A stretch of DNA of 64,000 bases from Eledone cirrhosa. Its lineage: Eukaryota. The translations under genes and the position numbers were made by a program. Positions 48,401 to 64,000 of this stretch are shown piece after piece (the first letter of the stretch is position 1; each line of letters begins with the position of its first letter). The DNA is taken from assembly GCA_964016885.1 (NCBI GenBank), contig OZ024763.1:8866001-8930000 (forward strand), written 5' to 3'. Under the pieces are notes generated by a model. That model had not been told where the DNA came from and ran no database searches. It saw only the letters and a list, made by a program, of their open reading frames with translations.

Positions 48401-51400
48401 AGATGAGGAAAATGACACTAGAATGACTAAAACGGCCTCATGAATGACGAAAATGATTATAAAAAAGCTAAAACCGCATCATAATGCCTAAAACACTATC
48501 ACAAATGATTAAACCGACTCAAAAATGTAGAAAACGGCATCGTAAAATACAAAATTGACTCTAAATTGGCTAAAATTGCATTATGAATGACTAGAATGAC
48601 TCTAAAAGGGCTAAAACGGCATCGAAGGTGACGAAAATGACACTAGAATGACTAAAATGGCATCATAAATGACTAAAATGACTCTAAAATAGCTAAAACG
48701 AAATCATAATGGCTAAAACACTATCATAAATGGGGAAAATCACTGTAACATGGCTAAAACAACATCATAAGTGACGAAAATGACGCTTAAGTGACTAAAA
48801 CGGCATCATAAATCAGTAAATGACTGAAACGACTAAAAAATGTCTAAAACGTTATCATGAATGACGAAAATGACACTACAATGGCTAAAACAGCATCATA
48901 AATGACGAAAATTACTCTAAAAGGGCTAAAACGGCATTATATATGACTAAAACGACTCTGAAAACGCTAAAACAGTGTCATAAACAACCAAAATGATTCT
49001 AAAATGGCTAAAACGGCATCATAAATGACTAAAATGACTCTGAAATAGCAAAAACAACACCATGAATGACTCAAATGACTCTATAATTTCTAAAGCGGCA
49101 TCAAAAATGACGAAAATGACTCAAAAATGGCTAAAACAGCAACATAATGGCTAAAACACTATCATAAATGAGGAAAATGACACTAAAATAGCTAAAACAG
49201 CATCATAAATGACTAAAACGACTCTAAAATAGCAAACACAGCATTATAGATGAGGAAAATGACACTAGAATGACTAAAACGGCACCATGAATGAGGAAAA
49301 TGACTTTAAAATACCTAAAACGACATCATAATGCCTAAAACACTATCACAAATGAGGAAAATGACTCTAAAATGGCTATAACATCATCATAATGGCTAAT
49401 ACAGTATCATAAATGACGAAAATGACTCTAAAATGGTTAAAACAGCATCATAAATGACTAAAATGACTCTAAAATGGCTAAAACAGCATTATATATGACT
49501 AAAACTACTCTGAAAACGATAAACAGCGTCATAAACTACCAAATGATTCTTAAAGAATAAAACGGCATCATAAATGAGTAGAATGACTCTAAAATGGATA
49601 AACGCATCAAAAATGACGAAAACAACGCTTAAATGACTAAAACGTCATCATCAATTAGTAAAATGACTCTAAAAAGGATAAAACGGCATCATAAATGACT
49701 ACAGCAACACTAAAATGGCTAAAACGGCATCATAAATGACGAAAATGACTCAAAAAGTGCTAAAACGGCATCGTAAATGACTCACAAATGTCTAAAACGA
49801 CATCATATATGAGTAAAATGATCCTAAAAGGGCTAGAACGGCATCATAAATGACTAAAACGACTCTAAATTAGCTAAAACAGCATCATAGATGACGAAAA
49901 TGACACAAGAATGACTAAAACGGTAACATAAATGATTAAAATGACTTTAAAATAGCTAAAACGGCATCAAAATGGCTAAAACACTATCATAAATGAAGAA
50001 AATGACTCTAAAATGGCTAAAACAGCATAATAAATGACGAAAATGACACTAAAATGGCTAAAACAGCATCATAATGGCTATAATACAATCATAAATGAGG
50101 AAAATGACTCTAAAATAGCATCATAAATGACGAAAATGACGCTTAAATGACTAAAACGGCATCATAGATGAGGAAAATGATACTAAAATGGCTAAAACAG
50201 CATAATAAATGACGAAAATGATGCTTAAATGGCAAAAACTGCATCATAAATGACTAAAACGACTCTAAAATCGCTAAAACAGCATCATAGATGACGAAAA
50301 TGACAGAGGATGACTAAAACGGCATCATTAATGACTTAAATGATTATAAAATAGCTAAAACGGCATCATAATGCCTAATACGCTATGACAAATGAGGAAA
50401 ATGACTCTAAAATGGCTAAAACAGCATCATAATGGCTAAAATACAATCATAAATGAGGAAATTGACTCTAAAATGGGTAAAACAGCATCATAAATGACGT
50501 AAATGACGCTTAAATGGTTAAATCTGCATCATAAATGACTAAAACGACTCTAAAATAGCTAAAACAGCATCATAGATGACGAAAATGACACTAGAATGAC
50601 TAAAACGGCATCATAAATGACTAAAATGACTCTGAAATAGCAAAAACAACACCATGAATGACTCAAATGACTCTATAATTTCTAAAGCGGCATCAAAAAT
50701 GACGAAAATGACTCAAAAATGGCTAAAACAGCAACATAATGGCTAAAACACTATCATAAATGAGGAAAATGACACTAAAATGGCTAAAACAGCATCATAA
50801 ATGACTAAAACGACTCTAAAGTAGCAAACACAGCATTATAGATGAGGAAAATGACACTAGAATGACTAAAACGGCACCATGAATGAGGAAAATGACTTTA
50901 AAATAGCTAAAACGGCATCATAATGCCTAAAACACTATCACAAATGAGGAAAATGACTCTAAAATGGCTATAACATCATCATAATGGCTAATACAGTATC
51001 ATAAATGACGAAAATGACTCTAAAATGGTTAAAACAGCATCATAAATGACTAAAATGACTCTAAAATGGCTAAAACAGCATCATAATGGCTAAAACATTA
51101 TAATAAACGAGGAAAATGACTCTACAAATGCTAAAACAGCATCATAAATGACGAAAATGATTCTAAAAAAGCTAAAACGGCATTATATATGACTAAAACT
51201 ACTCTGAAAACGATAAACAGCGTCACAAACTACCAAAATGATTCTTAAAGGAATACAACGGCATCATAAATGAGTAGAATGACTCTAAAATGGATAAAAC
51301 GCATCATAAATGACGAAAACAACGCTTAAATGACTAAAACGTCATCATCAATTAGTAAATGACTCTAAAAAGGCTAAAACGGCATCAAAATGGCTAAAAC

Positions 51401-54400
51401 ACTATCATAAATGAAGAAAATGACTCTAAAATGGCTAAAACAGCATAGCAAATGACGAAAATGATTCTAAAAGGGCTAAAACGGCATTATATATGACTAA
51501 AACTACTCTGAAAACGATAAACAGCGTCATAAACTACCAAAATGATTCTTAAAGGAATACAACGGCATCATAAATGAGTAGAATGACTCTGAAATGGATA
51601 AAACGCACCATAAATGACGAAAACGACGCTTAAATGACTAAAACCTCATCATCAATTAGTAAAATGACTCTAAAAAGGCTAAAACGGCATCATAAATGAC
51701 TACAGCAACACTAAAATGGCTAAAACGGCATCATAAATGACGAAAATGACTCAAAAAGTGCTAAAACGGCATCGTAAATGACTCACAAATGTCTAAAACG
51801 ACATCATATATGAGTAAAATGATCCTAAAAGGGCTAGGACGGCATCATAAATGACTAAAACGACTCTAAATTAGCTAAAACAGCATCATAGATGACGAAA
51901 ATGACACAAGAATGACTAAAACGGTAACATAAATGATTAAAATGACTTTAAAATAGCTAAAACACGGCATCAAAATGGCTAAAAGACTATCATAAATGAA
52001 GAAAATGACTCTAAAATGGCTAAAACAGCATAATAAATGACGAAAATGACACTAAAATGGCTAAAACAGCATCATAATGGCTATAATACAATCATAAATG
52101 AGGAAAATGACTCTAAAATAGCTAAAACAGCATCATAAATGACGAAAATGATGCTTAAATGGCTAAAACTGCATCATAAATGACTAAAATGACACGAGAA
52201 TGACTCAAACGGCATCATTAATGACTAAAATGATTATAAAATAGCTAAAACTGCATCATAATGCCTAACACGCTATGACAAATGAGGAAAATGACTCTAA
52301 AATGGCTAAAACAGCATCATAAATGATTAAAACGACTCAAGATTGTCTAAAACGGCATCATAAAAGACAAAAATGACTCTAAATTGGCTAAAATTTCATT
52401 ATGAATGACTAAAATGACTCTAAAGGAGCTAAAACGGCATAGTAGGTGACGAAAATGAGACTAGAATGACTAAAACGGCATTATGAATGACTAAAAGGAC
52501 TCTAAAATAGCTAAAACGGCATCATAATGCCTAACACGCTATGACAAATGAGGAAAATGACTCTAAAATGGCTAAAACAGCATCATAAATGATTAAAACG
52601 ACTCAAGATTGTCTAAAACGGCATCATAAAAGACAAAAATGACTCTAAATTGGCTAAAATTTCATTATGAATGACTAAAATGACTCTAAAGGAGCTAAAA
52701 CGGCATAGTAGGTGACGAAATTAGACTAGAATGACTAAAACGGCATTATGAATGACTAAAAGGACTCTAAAATAGCTAAAACGGCATCATAATGCCTAAA
52801 ACACTATCACAAATGAGGAAAATGACTCTAAAATGGCTATAACAGCATCATAAATGATTAAAACGACTCAAGATTGTCTAAAACGGCATCATAAAAGACA
52901 AAAATGACTCTAAATTGGCTAAAATTTCATTATGAATGACTAAAATGACTCTAAAGGAGCTAAAACGCATAGTAGGTGACGAAAATTAGACTAGAATGAC
53001 TAAAACGGCATTATGAATGACTAAAAGGACTCTAAAATAGCTAAAACGGCATCATAATGCCTAAAACACTATCACAAATGAGGAAAATGACTCTAAAATG
53101 GCTATAACAGCATTATAATGGCTAAAACACTATCATAAATGACTAAAACGTCACAAAAATGTCTAAACCACATAATAAATGACGAAAATGACACTAAAAT
53201 GGCTAAAACAGCATCATAATGGCTAAAATACAATCATAAATGAGGAAAATGACTCTGAAATGGCTAAAACAGCATCATAAATGACGTAAATGACGCTTAA
53301 ATGGTTAAATCTGCATCATAAATGACTAAAACGACTCTAAAATAGCTAAAACAGCATCATAGATGACGAAAATGACACTAGAATGACTAAAACGGCATCA
53401 TGAATGACTAAAGTGATTATAAAATAGCTAAAACGGCATCATAATGCCTAAAACACTATCACAAATGAGGAAAATGACTCTAAAATGGCTATATCATCAT
53501 CATAATGGCTAATACAGTATCATAAATGACGAAAATGACTCTAAAATGGTTAAAACAGCATCATAAATGACTAAAATGACTCTAAAATGGCTAAAACAGC
53601 ATCATAATGGCTAAAACATTATAATAAACGAGGAAAATGACTCTACAAATGCTAAAACAGCATCATAAATGACGAAAATGATTCTAAAAGGGCTAAAACG
53701 GCATTATATATGACTAAAACTACTCTGAAAACGATAAACAGCGTCATAAACTACCAAAATGATTCTTAAAGGAATACAACGGCATCATAAATGAGTAGAA
53801 TGACTCTAAAATGGATAAAAACGCATCATAAATGACGAAAACAACGCTTAAATGACTAAAACGTCATCCTCAATTAGTAAAATGACTCTAAAAAGGCTAA
53901 AACGGCATCATAAATGACTACAGCAACACTAAAATGGCTAAAACGGCATCATAAATGACAAAAATGACTCAAAAAGTGCTAAAACGGCATCGTAAATGAC
54001 TCACAAATGTCTAAAACGACATCATATATGAGTAAAATGATCCTAAAAGGGCTAGAACGGCCTCATAAATGACTAAAACGACTCTAAATTAGCTAAAACA
54101 GCATCATAGTTGACGAAAATGACACAAGAATAACTAAAACGGTAACATAAATGATTAAAATGACTTTAAAATAGCTAAAACGGCATCAAATGGCTAAAAC
54201 ACTATCATAAATGAAGAAAATGACTCTAAAATGGCTAAAACAGCATAGCAAATGACGAAAATGATTCTAAAAGGGCTAAAACAGCATCATAATGGCTATA
54301 ATACAATCATAAATGAGGAAAATGACTCTAAAATAGCTAAAACAGCATCATAAATGACGAAATGATGCTTAAATGGCTAAAACTGCATCATAAATGAGTA

Positions 54401-57400
54401 AAACGACTCTAAAATCGCTAAAACAGCATCATAGATGACGAAAATGACACGAGAATGACTCAAACGGCATCATTAATGACTAAAATGATTATAAAATAGC
54501 TAAAACTGCATCATAATGCCTAACACGCTATGACAAATGAGGAAAATGACTCTAAAATGGCTAAAACAGCATCATAAATGATTAAAACGACCTCAAGATT
54601 GTCTAAAACGGCATCATAAAAGACAAAAATGACTCTAAATTGGCTAAAATTTCATTATGAATGACTAAAATGACTCTAAAGGAGCTAAAACGGCATAGTA
54701 GGTGACGAAAATGAGACTAGAATGACTAAAACGGCATTATGAATGACTAAAAGGACTCTAAAATAGCTAAAACGGCATCATAATGCCTAAAACACTATCA
54801 CAAATGAGGAAAATGACTCTAAAATGGCTATAAGATCATCATAATGGCTAAAACAGTATCATAAATGACGAAAATGACTCTAAAATGGTTAAAACAGCAT
54901 CATAAATGACGAAAATGACTTTAAAATGGCTAAAACAACATCATAATGGCTAAAACATTATCATAAACGAGGAAAATGACTGTACAAATGCTAAAACAGC
55001 ATCATAAATGACAAAAATGATTCGAAAAGGGCTAAAACGGCATTATATATGACTGAAACGATTCTGAAAACGCTAAAACAGCGTCATAAACTACCAAAAT
55101 GATTCTTAAATGAATAAAACGGCACCATAAATGAGTAGAATGACTCTAAAATGGCTAAAACGCATCATAAATGACGAAAATGACGCTTAAATGACTAAAA
55201 CGCCATCATCAATTAGTAAAATGACTCTAAAAGGGCTAAAACGGTATCATAAATGACGAAAGTGACTCAAAAAGGGCTAAAACGGCATCGTAAATGACTC
55301 AAACGACTCACAAATGTCTAAAACGACATCATATATAATTTAAATGACTCTAAAATAGCTAAAACGGCATCATAATGCCTAAAACACTATCACAAATGAG
55401 GAAAATGACTCTAAAATGGCTATACAGCATCATAAATGACGAAAATGACGCTTAAATGACTAAAACCGCATCATAACTGAATACAATGACACTAAAATGG
55501 CTAAAACAGCATCATAAATGAATACAATGACACTAAAATGGCTAAAACAGCATCACAAATGACGAAAATGACGCATAAATGGCTAAATCTGCATCATAAA
55601 TGCCTAAAACGACTCTAAAATAGCTATAACAGGCATCATAGATGAGGAAAATGACACTAGAATGACAAAAACGGCATCATGAATGACGAAAATGATTATA
55701 AAATAGATACAACTGCATCATAATGCCTAACACACTATCACAAATGATTAAAACGACTCAAAAATGTCTAAAACGGCATCATAAAAGACAAAAACTGCTC
55801 TAAATTGGCTAAAACGGCATTGTAGGTGACGAAAATGACAGTAGAATGACTAAAACGGCTACATAAATGATTAAAATGAATCTAAAATAGCTAAAACGGC
55901 ATCATAATGCCTAAAACACTATCACAAATGAGGAAAATGACTCTAAAATGGCTATAACAGCATCATAATGGCTAAAGCACTATCATAAATGAGGAAAATG
56001 ACTCTAAAATGGCTAAAACCGCATCATAAATGACGAAAATGTTTCTGAAATGGCTAAAACAGCATCATAATGGCTAAAACAATATCATAAATGAAGAAAA
56101 TGACTCTAAAATGGCTAAAACAGCATAATAAATGACGAAAATGACTCTAAAATGGCTAAAACAACATCATAATGGCTAAAGCATTATCATAAACGAGGAA
56201 AATGACTATACAAATGCTAAAACAGCATCATAAATGACGAAAATGATTCTAAAAGGGCTAAAACAGCATTATATATGACTGAAACGATTCTGAAAACGTT
56301 AGAACAGCGTCATAAACTACCAAAATGATTCTTAAATGAATAAAACGGCATCATAAATGAGTAGAATGACTCTAAAAGGGCTAAAACGGTATCATAAATG
56401 ACTATAGCAACACTAAAATGGCGAAAACGGCATCATAAATGACGAAAGTGACTCAAAAAGGGCTAAAACGGCATCGTAAATGACTCAAACGACTCACAAA
56501 TGTCTAAAACGACATCATATATGATTAAAATGACACTAAAATAGCTAAAACGGCATCATAATGCCTAAAACACTATCACAAATGAGCAAAATGACTCTAA
56601 AATGGCTATAACAGCATCATAATGGCTAAAACACTATCATAAATGACTAAAACGTCACAAAAATGTCTAAACGACATAATAAATGACGAAAATGACACTA
56701 AAATGGCTAAAACAGCATCATAATGGCTAAAATACAATCATAAATGAGGAAAATGACTCTAAAATGGCTAAAACAGCATCATAAATGACGAAAATGACGC
56801 TTAAATGACTAAAACGGCATCATAAATGAGTACAATGACACTAAAATGGCTAAAACAGCATCATAAATGACGGAAATGACGCTTAAATGGTTAAATCTGC
56901 ATCATGAATGACTAAAACGACTCTAAAATAGCTAAAACAGTATCATAGATGACGAAAATGACACTAGAATGACTAAAACGGCATCATTAATGACTAAAAT
57001 GATTATAAAATAGCTAAAACGGCATCATAATGCCTAAAGCACTATCACAAATGAAGAAAATGAATCTAAAATGGCTAAAACAGCATCATAAATGATTAAA
57101 ACGACTCAAAATTGTCTAAAACGACATCATAAAAGACAAAAATGACTCAAAATGGCTAAAACAGCAACATAATGGCTAAAACAGTATCATAAAAGACGAA
57201 AATGACACTAAAATGGTTAAAACAGCATCATAAATGCCGAAAATGACTCTACAAATGCTAAAACAGCATCATAAATGACGAAAATGATTCTAAAAGGGCT
57301 AAAACGGCATTATATATGACTAAAATGACTCTGAAAACGCTAAAGCAGCGTCATAAACTACCAAAATGATTCTTAAATGAATAAAACGGCATCATAATGC

Positions 57401-60400
57401 CTAAAACACTATCAAAAATGAGGGAAATGACTCTAAAATGGCTATAACAGCATCATAATGGCTAAAACACTATCATAAATGAGGAAAATGACTCTAAAAT
57501 GGCTAAAACCGCATCATAAATGACGAAAATGTTTCTGAAATGGCTAAAACAGCATCATAATGGCTAAAACACTATCATCAATGAAGAAAATGACTCTAAA
57601 ATGGCTAAAACAGCATAATAAATGACGAAAATGACACTAAAATGGCTAAAACAGCATCATAAAGGCTATAATACAATCATAAATGAGGAAAATGACTCTA
57701 AAATAGCTAAAACGCATCTTAAATGACGAAAATGACGCTTAAATGACTAAAACGCCAATATCAATTAGTAAAATGACTCTAAAAGGGCTAAAACGGCATC
57801 ATAAATGATTACAGCAACACTAAAATGGCTAGAACGGCATCATAAATGACGAAAATGACTCAAAAAATGTCTAAAACGTTATCGTAAATGACTCAAACGA
57901 CTCACAAATGTCTAAAACGACATCATATAAGAGTAAAGTGAACCTAAAAGGGCTAGAACGGCATCATAAATGACTAAAACGACTCCAAATTAGCTCAAAA
58001 AGCATCAGAGATGACGAAAATGACACAAGAATGACTAAAACGGCAACATAAATGATTAAAATGACTCTAAAATAGCTAAAACGGCATCATAATGGCTAAA
58101 ACACTATCATAGATGAGGAAAATCACTGTAATTTGGCTAAAACAGCATCATAAATGACGAAAATGACGCTTAAATGACTAAAACCGCATCATAAATGAAT
58201 ACAATGACACTAAAATGGCTAAAACAGCATCATAAATGAATACAATGACACTAAAATGGCTAAAACAGCATCACAAATGACGAAAATGACGCATAAATGG
58301 CTAAATCTGCATCATAAATGCCTAAAACGACTCTAAAATAGCTATAACAGGCATCATACATGAGGAAAATGACACTAGAAAGACAAAAACGGCATCATGA
58401 ATGACGAAAATGATTATAAAATAGATACAACTGCATCATAATGCCTAACACACTATCACAAATGATTAAAACGACTCAAAAATGTCTAAAACGGCATCAT
58501 AAAAGACAAAAACTGCTCTAAATTGGCTAAAACGGCATTGTAGGTGACGAAAATGACAGTAGAATGACTAAAACGGCTACATAAATGATTAAAATGACTC
58601 TAAAATAGCTAAAACGGCATCATAATGCCTAAAACACTATCACAAATGATTAAAACGACTCAAAAATGTCTAAAACGGCATCATAAAAGACAAAAACTGC
58701 TCTAAATTGGCTAAAACGGCATTGTAGGTGAGGAAAATGACACTAGAATGACTAAAACGGCATCATCAATGACTAAAATCACTCGAAAATAGCTAAAACG
58801 GCATCATAATGGCTAACACACTATCATAAATGAAGAAAATCACTGTAACATGGCTAAAACAACATCATAAATGACGAAAATGACGCTTAAATGACTAAAA
58901 CGGCATCATAAATGAGTAAAATGAGTCTAAAAGGGCTAAAACGGCATCATAAATGACTGAAACGACTCAAAAATGTCTAAAACATTATCATCAATGACGA
59001 AAATGACTCTAAAATGGCTAAAACAGCATCATAATGGCTAAAACACTATCATAAATGAGGAAAATGACACTACAATGGTTAAAACAGCATCATAAATGAC
59101 GAAAATTACTCTAAAAGGGCTAAAACGGCATTATATATGACTAAAATGACTCTGAAAACGCTAAAACAGCGTCATAAACGACCAAAATGATTCTTAAATG
59201 GCTAAAACGGCATCATAAATAACTAAAATGACTCTGAAATAGCTGAAACAGCATCATGAATGACTAAAACGACTCAAAAATGTCTAAAGCGGCATCATGA
59301 ATGACGAAAATGACTCTAAAATGGCTAAAACTGAATTATCAAAGACTAAAATGGCTAAAACAGCAACATAATGGCTAAAACATTATCATAAATGAGGAAA
59401 ATGTCTCTAAAATGGCTAAAACAGCATCATAAATGACGAAAACGTCACTAAAATGTCAAAAACGGCATAATGAATGACGAAAATGACACTAAAATGGCTA
59501 AAACAGCATCATAATGGCTAAAATACAATCATAAATGAGGAAAATGACTCTAAAATGGCTAAAACAGCATCCTAAATGACGAAAATGACGCTTAAATGAC
59601 TAAAACGGCATCATAAATGAGTACAATGACTCTAAAAGGGCTCAAACGGCAACATAAATGACTAAAATAACACCAAAATGGCTTAAACGGCAACATAAAT
59701 GAATAAAACGACTCTAAAATGTCTAAAACGTTATCATAAATTACGAAAATGACTCTAAAATGGCTAAAACAGCATCGTTATGGCTAAAACACTATCATAA
59801 ATGAGTAAAATGACACTACAATGGCTAAAACAGCATCATAAATGATAAAAATTACTATAAAAGGGCTAAAGCGGCTTTATATATGACTAAAACGACTCTG
59901 AAAACGCTAAAACAGCGTCATAAATAACCAAAATGATTCTTAAATGGCTAAAACGGCATCATAAATGATTAAATGACTCAGAAATAGCTAAAACAGCATC
60001 ATGAATGACTAAAACGACTCAAAAATGTCTAAAACGACATCATATAAGAGTAAAGTGACCCTAAAAGAGCTAAAACGGCATTATATATGACTAAAACGAC
60101 TCTGAAAACGCTAAAACAGCGTCATAAATAACCAAAATGATTCTTAAAAGGCTAAAACGGCATCATAAATGACTAAAATGACTCAGAAATAGCTAAACCA
60201 GCATCATTAATGACTAAAACGACTCAAAAATGTCTAAAGCGGCATCATGAATGACGAAAATGACTCTAAAATGGCTAAAACTGCATTATCAAAGACTAAA
60301 ATGACTCTAAAATGGCTAAAACAGCAACATAATGACTAAGACACTATAATAAATGAGGAAAATGACACTAAAATGACTAAAACAGCATCATAAGTGACGA

Positions 60401-63400
60401 AAATACCGCTTAAATGGCTAAAACTGCATCATCAATGACTAAAACGACTCTAAATTAGCTAAAACAGCATCATAGATGACGAAAATGATACAGGAATGAC
60501 TAAAACGGCTACATAAATGATTAAAATGAATCTAAAATAGCTAAAACGGCATCATAATGCCTAAAACACTATCACAAATGAGGAAAATGACTCTAAAATG
60601 GCTAAAACAGCATCATAATGGCTAAAACACTATCATAAATGAGGAAAATGACTCTAAAATGGCTAAAACAGCATCATAAATGACGAAAATGTTTCTAAAA
60701 TGGCTAAAACTGCATCATAATGGCTAAAACATTATCATAAATGAGGAAAATGACTCTAAAATGGCTAAAACAGCATCATAATGGCTAAAACACTATCATA
60801 AATGAGGAAAATGACTCTAAAATGGCTAAAACAGCATCATAAATGACGAAAATGTTTCTAAAATGGCTAAAACTGCATCATAATGGCTAAAACATTATCA
60901 TAAATGAGGAAAATGACTCTAAAAATGCTAAAACAGCATCATAAATCCCTAAAATAACACCAAAATGGCTGAAACGGCATCATAAATGACCAAAACGACT
61001 GAAAAATGTCTAAAACGTTATCATAAATGACGAAAATAACACTACAATGGCTAAAACAGCATCATAAAATGGCTCTAGAAGTGCTAAAACGGCTAAAATA
61101 GCGTCATAAACGACTAAAATGATTCTTGAATGACTAAAACTGCATCCTAAATGAGTAGAATGATTCTAAAATGGCTAAAACGCATCATAAATGACGAAAA
61201 TAACGCTTAAATGATTAAAACGGCATCATAAATGAGTTAAATGACTATGAAGGCCTAAAACCGCATCATGAATGACTGAAATGACACTAAAATTGCTAAA
61301 ACAGCATCATAATCGCTAAAACACTATTATAAATGAGGAAAATGACTCTAAAATGGCTAAAACAGCATCATAAAGGACAAAAATGACCAAAAATGTCTAA
61401 AACGGCATCATCAATTACGAAAATGACTCTAAAATGGCTAAAACTGAATTATAAAACTAAAATGGCATCTAAATGTGATAAAACGGCAAATAAATGACTA
61501 AAACGACTCAAAAATGGGTAAAACGGCATCATAAATGACTACAGCAACACTTAAACGGCATCATAAATGACGAAAATATCTCAATAAGGGCTAAAACGGC
61601 ATCATAAATGACTAACATAACACCAAAATGACTTAAACGCCATCATAAATGACTAAAACGACTCAAAAATGTCTAAAACGTCATCATAAATTACGAAAAT
61701 GACTCTAAAATGACTAAAACAGCATCATAAATGAGTAAAATGACTCTAAAACGGCTAAAACCGCATCATAAATGACTAAAACGGCATCATAAATGCGTAA
61801 AATGACTCTAAAAGGCCTAAAACGGCATCATAAATGACTAAAATAACACCAAAATGGCTAAAACGGCATCATAAATGACTAAAAGGACTCATAAATGGCT
61901 AAAACGGCATCATAAATGACTACAGCAACACTAAAATGGTAAAATGGCATCATAAATGACGAAAATGACTCAAAAATGTCTAAAACGGCATCTTTAAAAA
62001 TGAAAATGACTCTAAATTGGCTAAAATTTGATTATAAATTACTAAAATGACTTTAAAAGGGCTAAAACGACATCATAGATGACGAAAATGACACTAGATT
62101 GAGTAAAACGGCATCATAAATGACTAAAATGTCTCTAAAATAGCTAAAACAGCATCATAATGGCTAAAACACTATCACAAATGAAGAAAATGACTCTAAA
62201 ATCGCTAAAACAGCATCATAAATGACTAAAATAACACCAAAATGGCTTAAACAGCATCATAAATAACTAAAACGTCTCAAAAATTTCGTAAACGTCATCA
62301 TAAATGACGAAAATGACTCTAAAATGGCTAAAACAGCATCATAATGGCTAAAACACTAGCATAAATGAGGAAAGTGACTCTACAATGGCTAAAACAGCAT
62401 CATAAATGACGAAAATGACTCTAAAAGGGCTAAAACGGCATTATATATAACTAAACGACTCTGAAAACGCTAAAACAGCATCATAAACGACCAAAATGAT
62501 TCTTAGATGGCTAAAACAGCATCATAAATGACTAAAACGACTCAAAAATGTCTAAAGCGGTATCATAAATGACGAAAATGACTCTAAAATGGCTAAAACT
62601 GCATTATAAAAGACTAAAATGACTCTAAAGGGGCTAAAACGGCATCATAAATGACTAAAACGACACAAAAATATGTAAAACGCCATCATATATGACGAAA
62701 ATGACTCTAAAATGGCTAAAACAGCATCATAAATGACGAAAATGACGCTTAAATGGCTAAAACAGCATCATAAATGAGTAAAATGAGTCATTTATGAGGC
62801 CGTTTTAGCCATTTTGGAGTCATTTTAGTCATTTATGATACCGTTTTTGCCATCTTAGAGTCATTTTAGTCATTTATAATGTAGTTTGTCCCATTTTAGA
62901 ATCATTTTGATCGTTTATGATGCCGTTCTAGCCATTTTAGTGTCGTTTTAATCATATAAGATGCCGTTTTAGCCATTTTAATGTCATTTTCTTCATTTAT
63001 GATAGCGTTTTAGCCATTATGATGTTGTTTTAGCAATTTTAGTCTCATTTTATTCATTGATGATGCCGTTTGAACCATTCTGGAGTCATTTTACTCATAT
63101 ATGGTGCCGTTTCAGCCATTTTAGTCATTCATGATGCCGTTTTAGCAATTTAGAGTAGTTTTAGTCCTTTCTGATGCTGTTTTAGCCATATTAGAGTGAT
63201 GTTAGTCATTTATGATGCCGTTTTAGCCATTTGAGAGTGACTTTAGTAATTATTGATGCCGTTTTAGCTATTTTAGAGTCATTTAATCAATTATGATGCC
63301 GTTTTACTCATTTTAGAGTTAATTTAGTCATTCATGATGCTGTTTTAGCAATTTAGAGTAGTTCTAGTAATTTATGAGGCTGTTTTAGCCATATTATAAT

Positions 63401-64000
63401 GACTTTAGTAATTTATGATGCCGTTTTAGCCATTTGAGAATCACTTTAGCCATTTATGATGACGTTTTAGCCATTGTAGAGTCTTTTAATCACTTATGAT
63501 GCCATTTTAGCCATTTATGATGCCGTTTTAGTCGTTCTAGAGTCATTTTCGTCATCTATGATGCCGTTTTAGCTATTTTAGAGTCGTTTTAGCCATTTTT
63601 TTCATTAATGATGCCGTTTCGGCCATTTTAGAGTCATTTCAGTAATTTATGATGCCGTTTCGGCCATTTTAGAATCATTTTAGTCATTTATGATGCCGTT
63701 TTAGCCATTTTAGAATTATTTATTCATTCATGCTGCCGTTTTATCCAATTTAGAGTCATTTTAGTAATTCATGATGCCTCTTTTAGCCCTTTTAGAGTCA
63801 TTTATTCATTTCTGATGCCGTTTCAGCCATTTTAGAGTCATTTTCATCATTTATGATGGCGTTTTAGACATTTTAGTGTCGTTTATTCATTCATGATGCC
63901 GTTTGAGCCCATTTAGAGTCATTTTACTCATTTATGGTGCCGTTTCAGCGATTTTAGAGACATTCATGATGTCGTTTTAGCAATTTAGAGTAGTTTTAGT
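42441..64000. repeat. 41-bp satellite array with ~20-bp half-units; inverted after 62787; runs off the window
   Basis: Unit AAATGACTCTAAAATGGCTAAAACAGCATCATAAATGACGA; period 41 (43146 to 43187); no ORF of 60 aa or more in the track. Confidence 0.97.

Overview
AT-rich, microsatellite-dense animal genomic DNA. The repeat landscape looks like a coleoid cephalopod such as octopus (inference). Positions ~8.0-30.0 kb hold a complete 23-coding-exon vigilin/HDLBP gene on the + strand (ATG 8039 to TAA 29970, 3750 nt, 1249 aa, all introns GT-AG and phase-compatible). Introns and flanks carry tRNA-derived SINEs, RTE, CR1 and R4/Dong-like LINE fragments, and piggyBac- and hAT-like MITEs. The most notable feature is a dozen or more hammerhead-ribozyme (HHR) motifs from several unrelated sequence families, lying in Penelope/retrozyme-like inverted-repeat elements inserted at (TA)n tracts. 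One complete HHR is on the sense strand of vigilin intron 7, directly behind a perfect antisense copy of itself. From ~37.9 kb the window is satellite DNA: a 71-bp satellite (37.9-42.4 kb) with an inversion and a CR1 insertion, then a 41-bp phased-A-tract satellite (42.4-64 kb) with local higher-order repeats and a fold-back inversion at 62787. All calls were made by eye. Repeat boundaries are approximate and ribozyme activity is untested.
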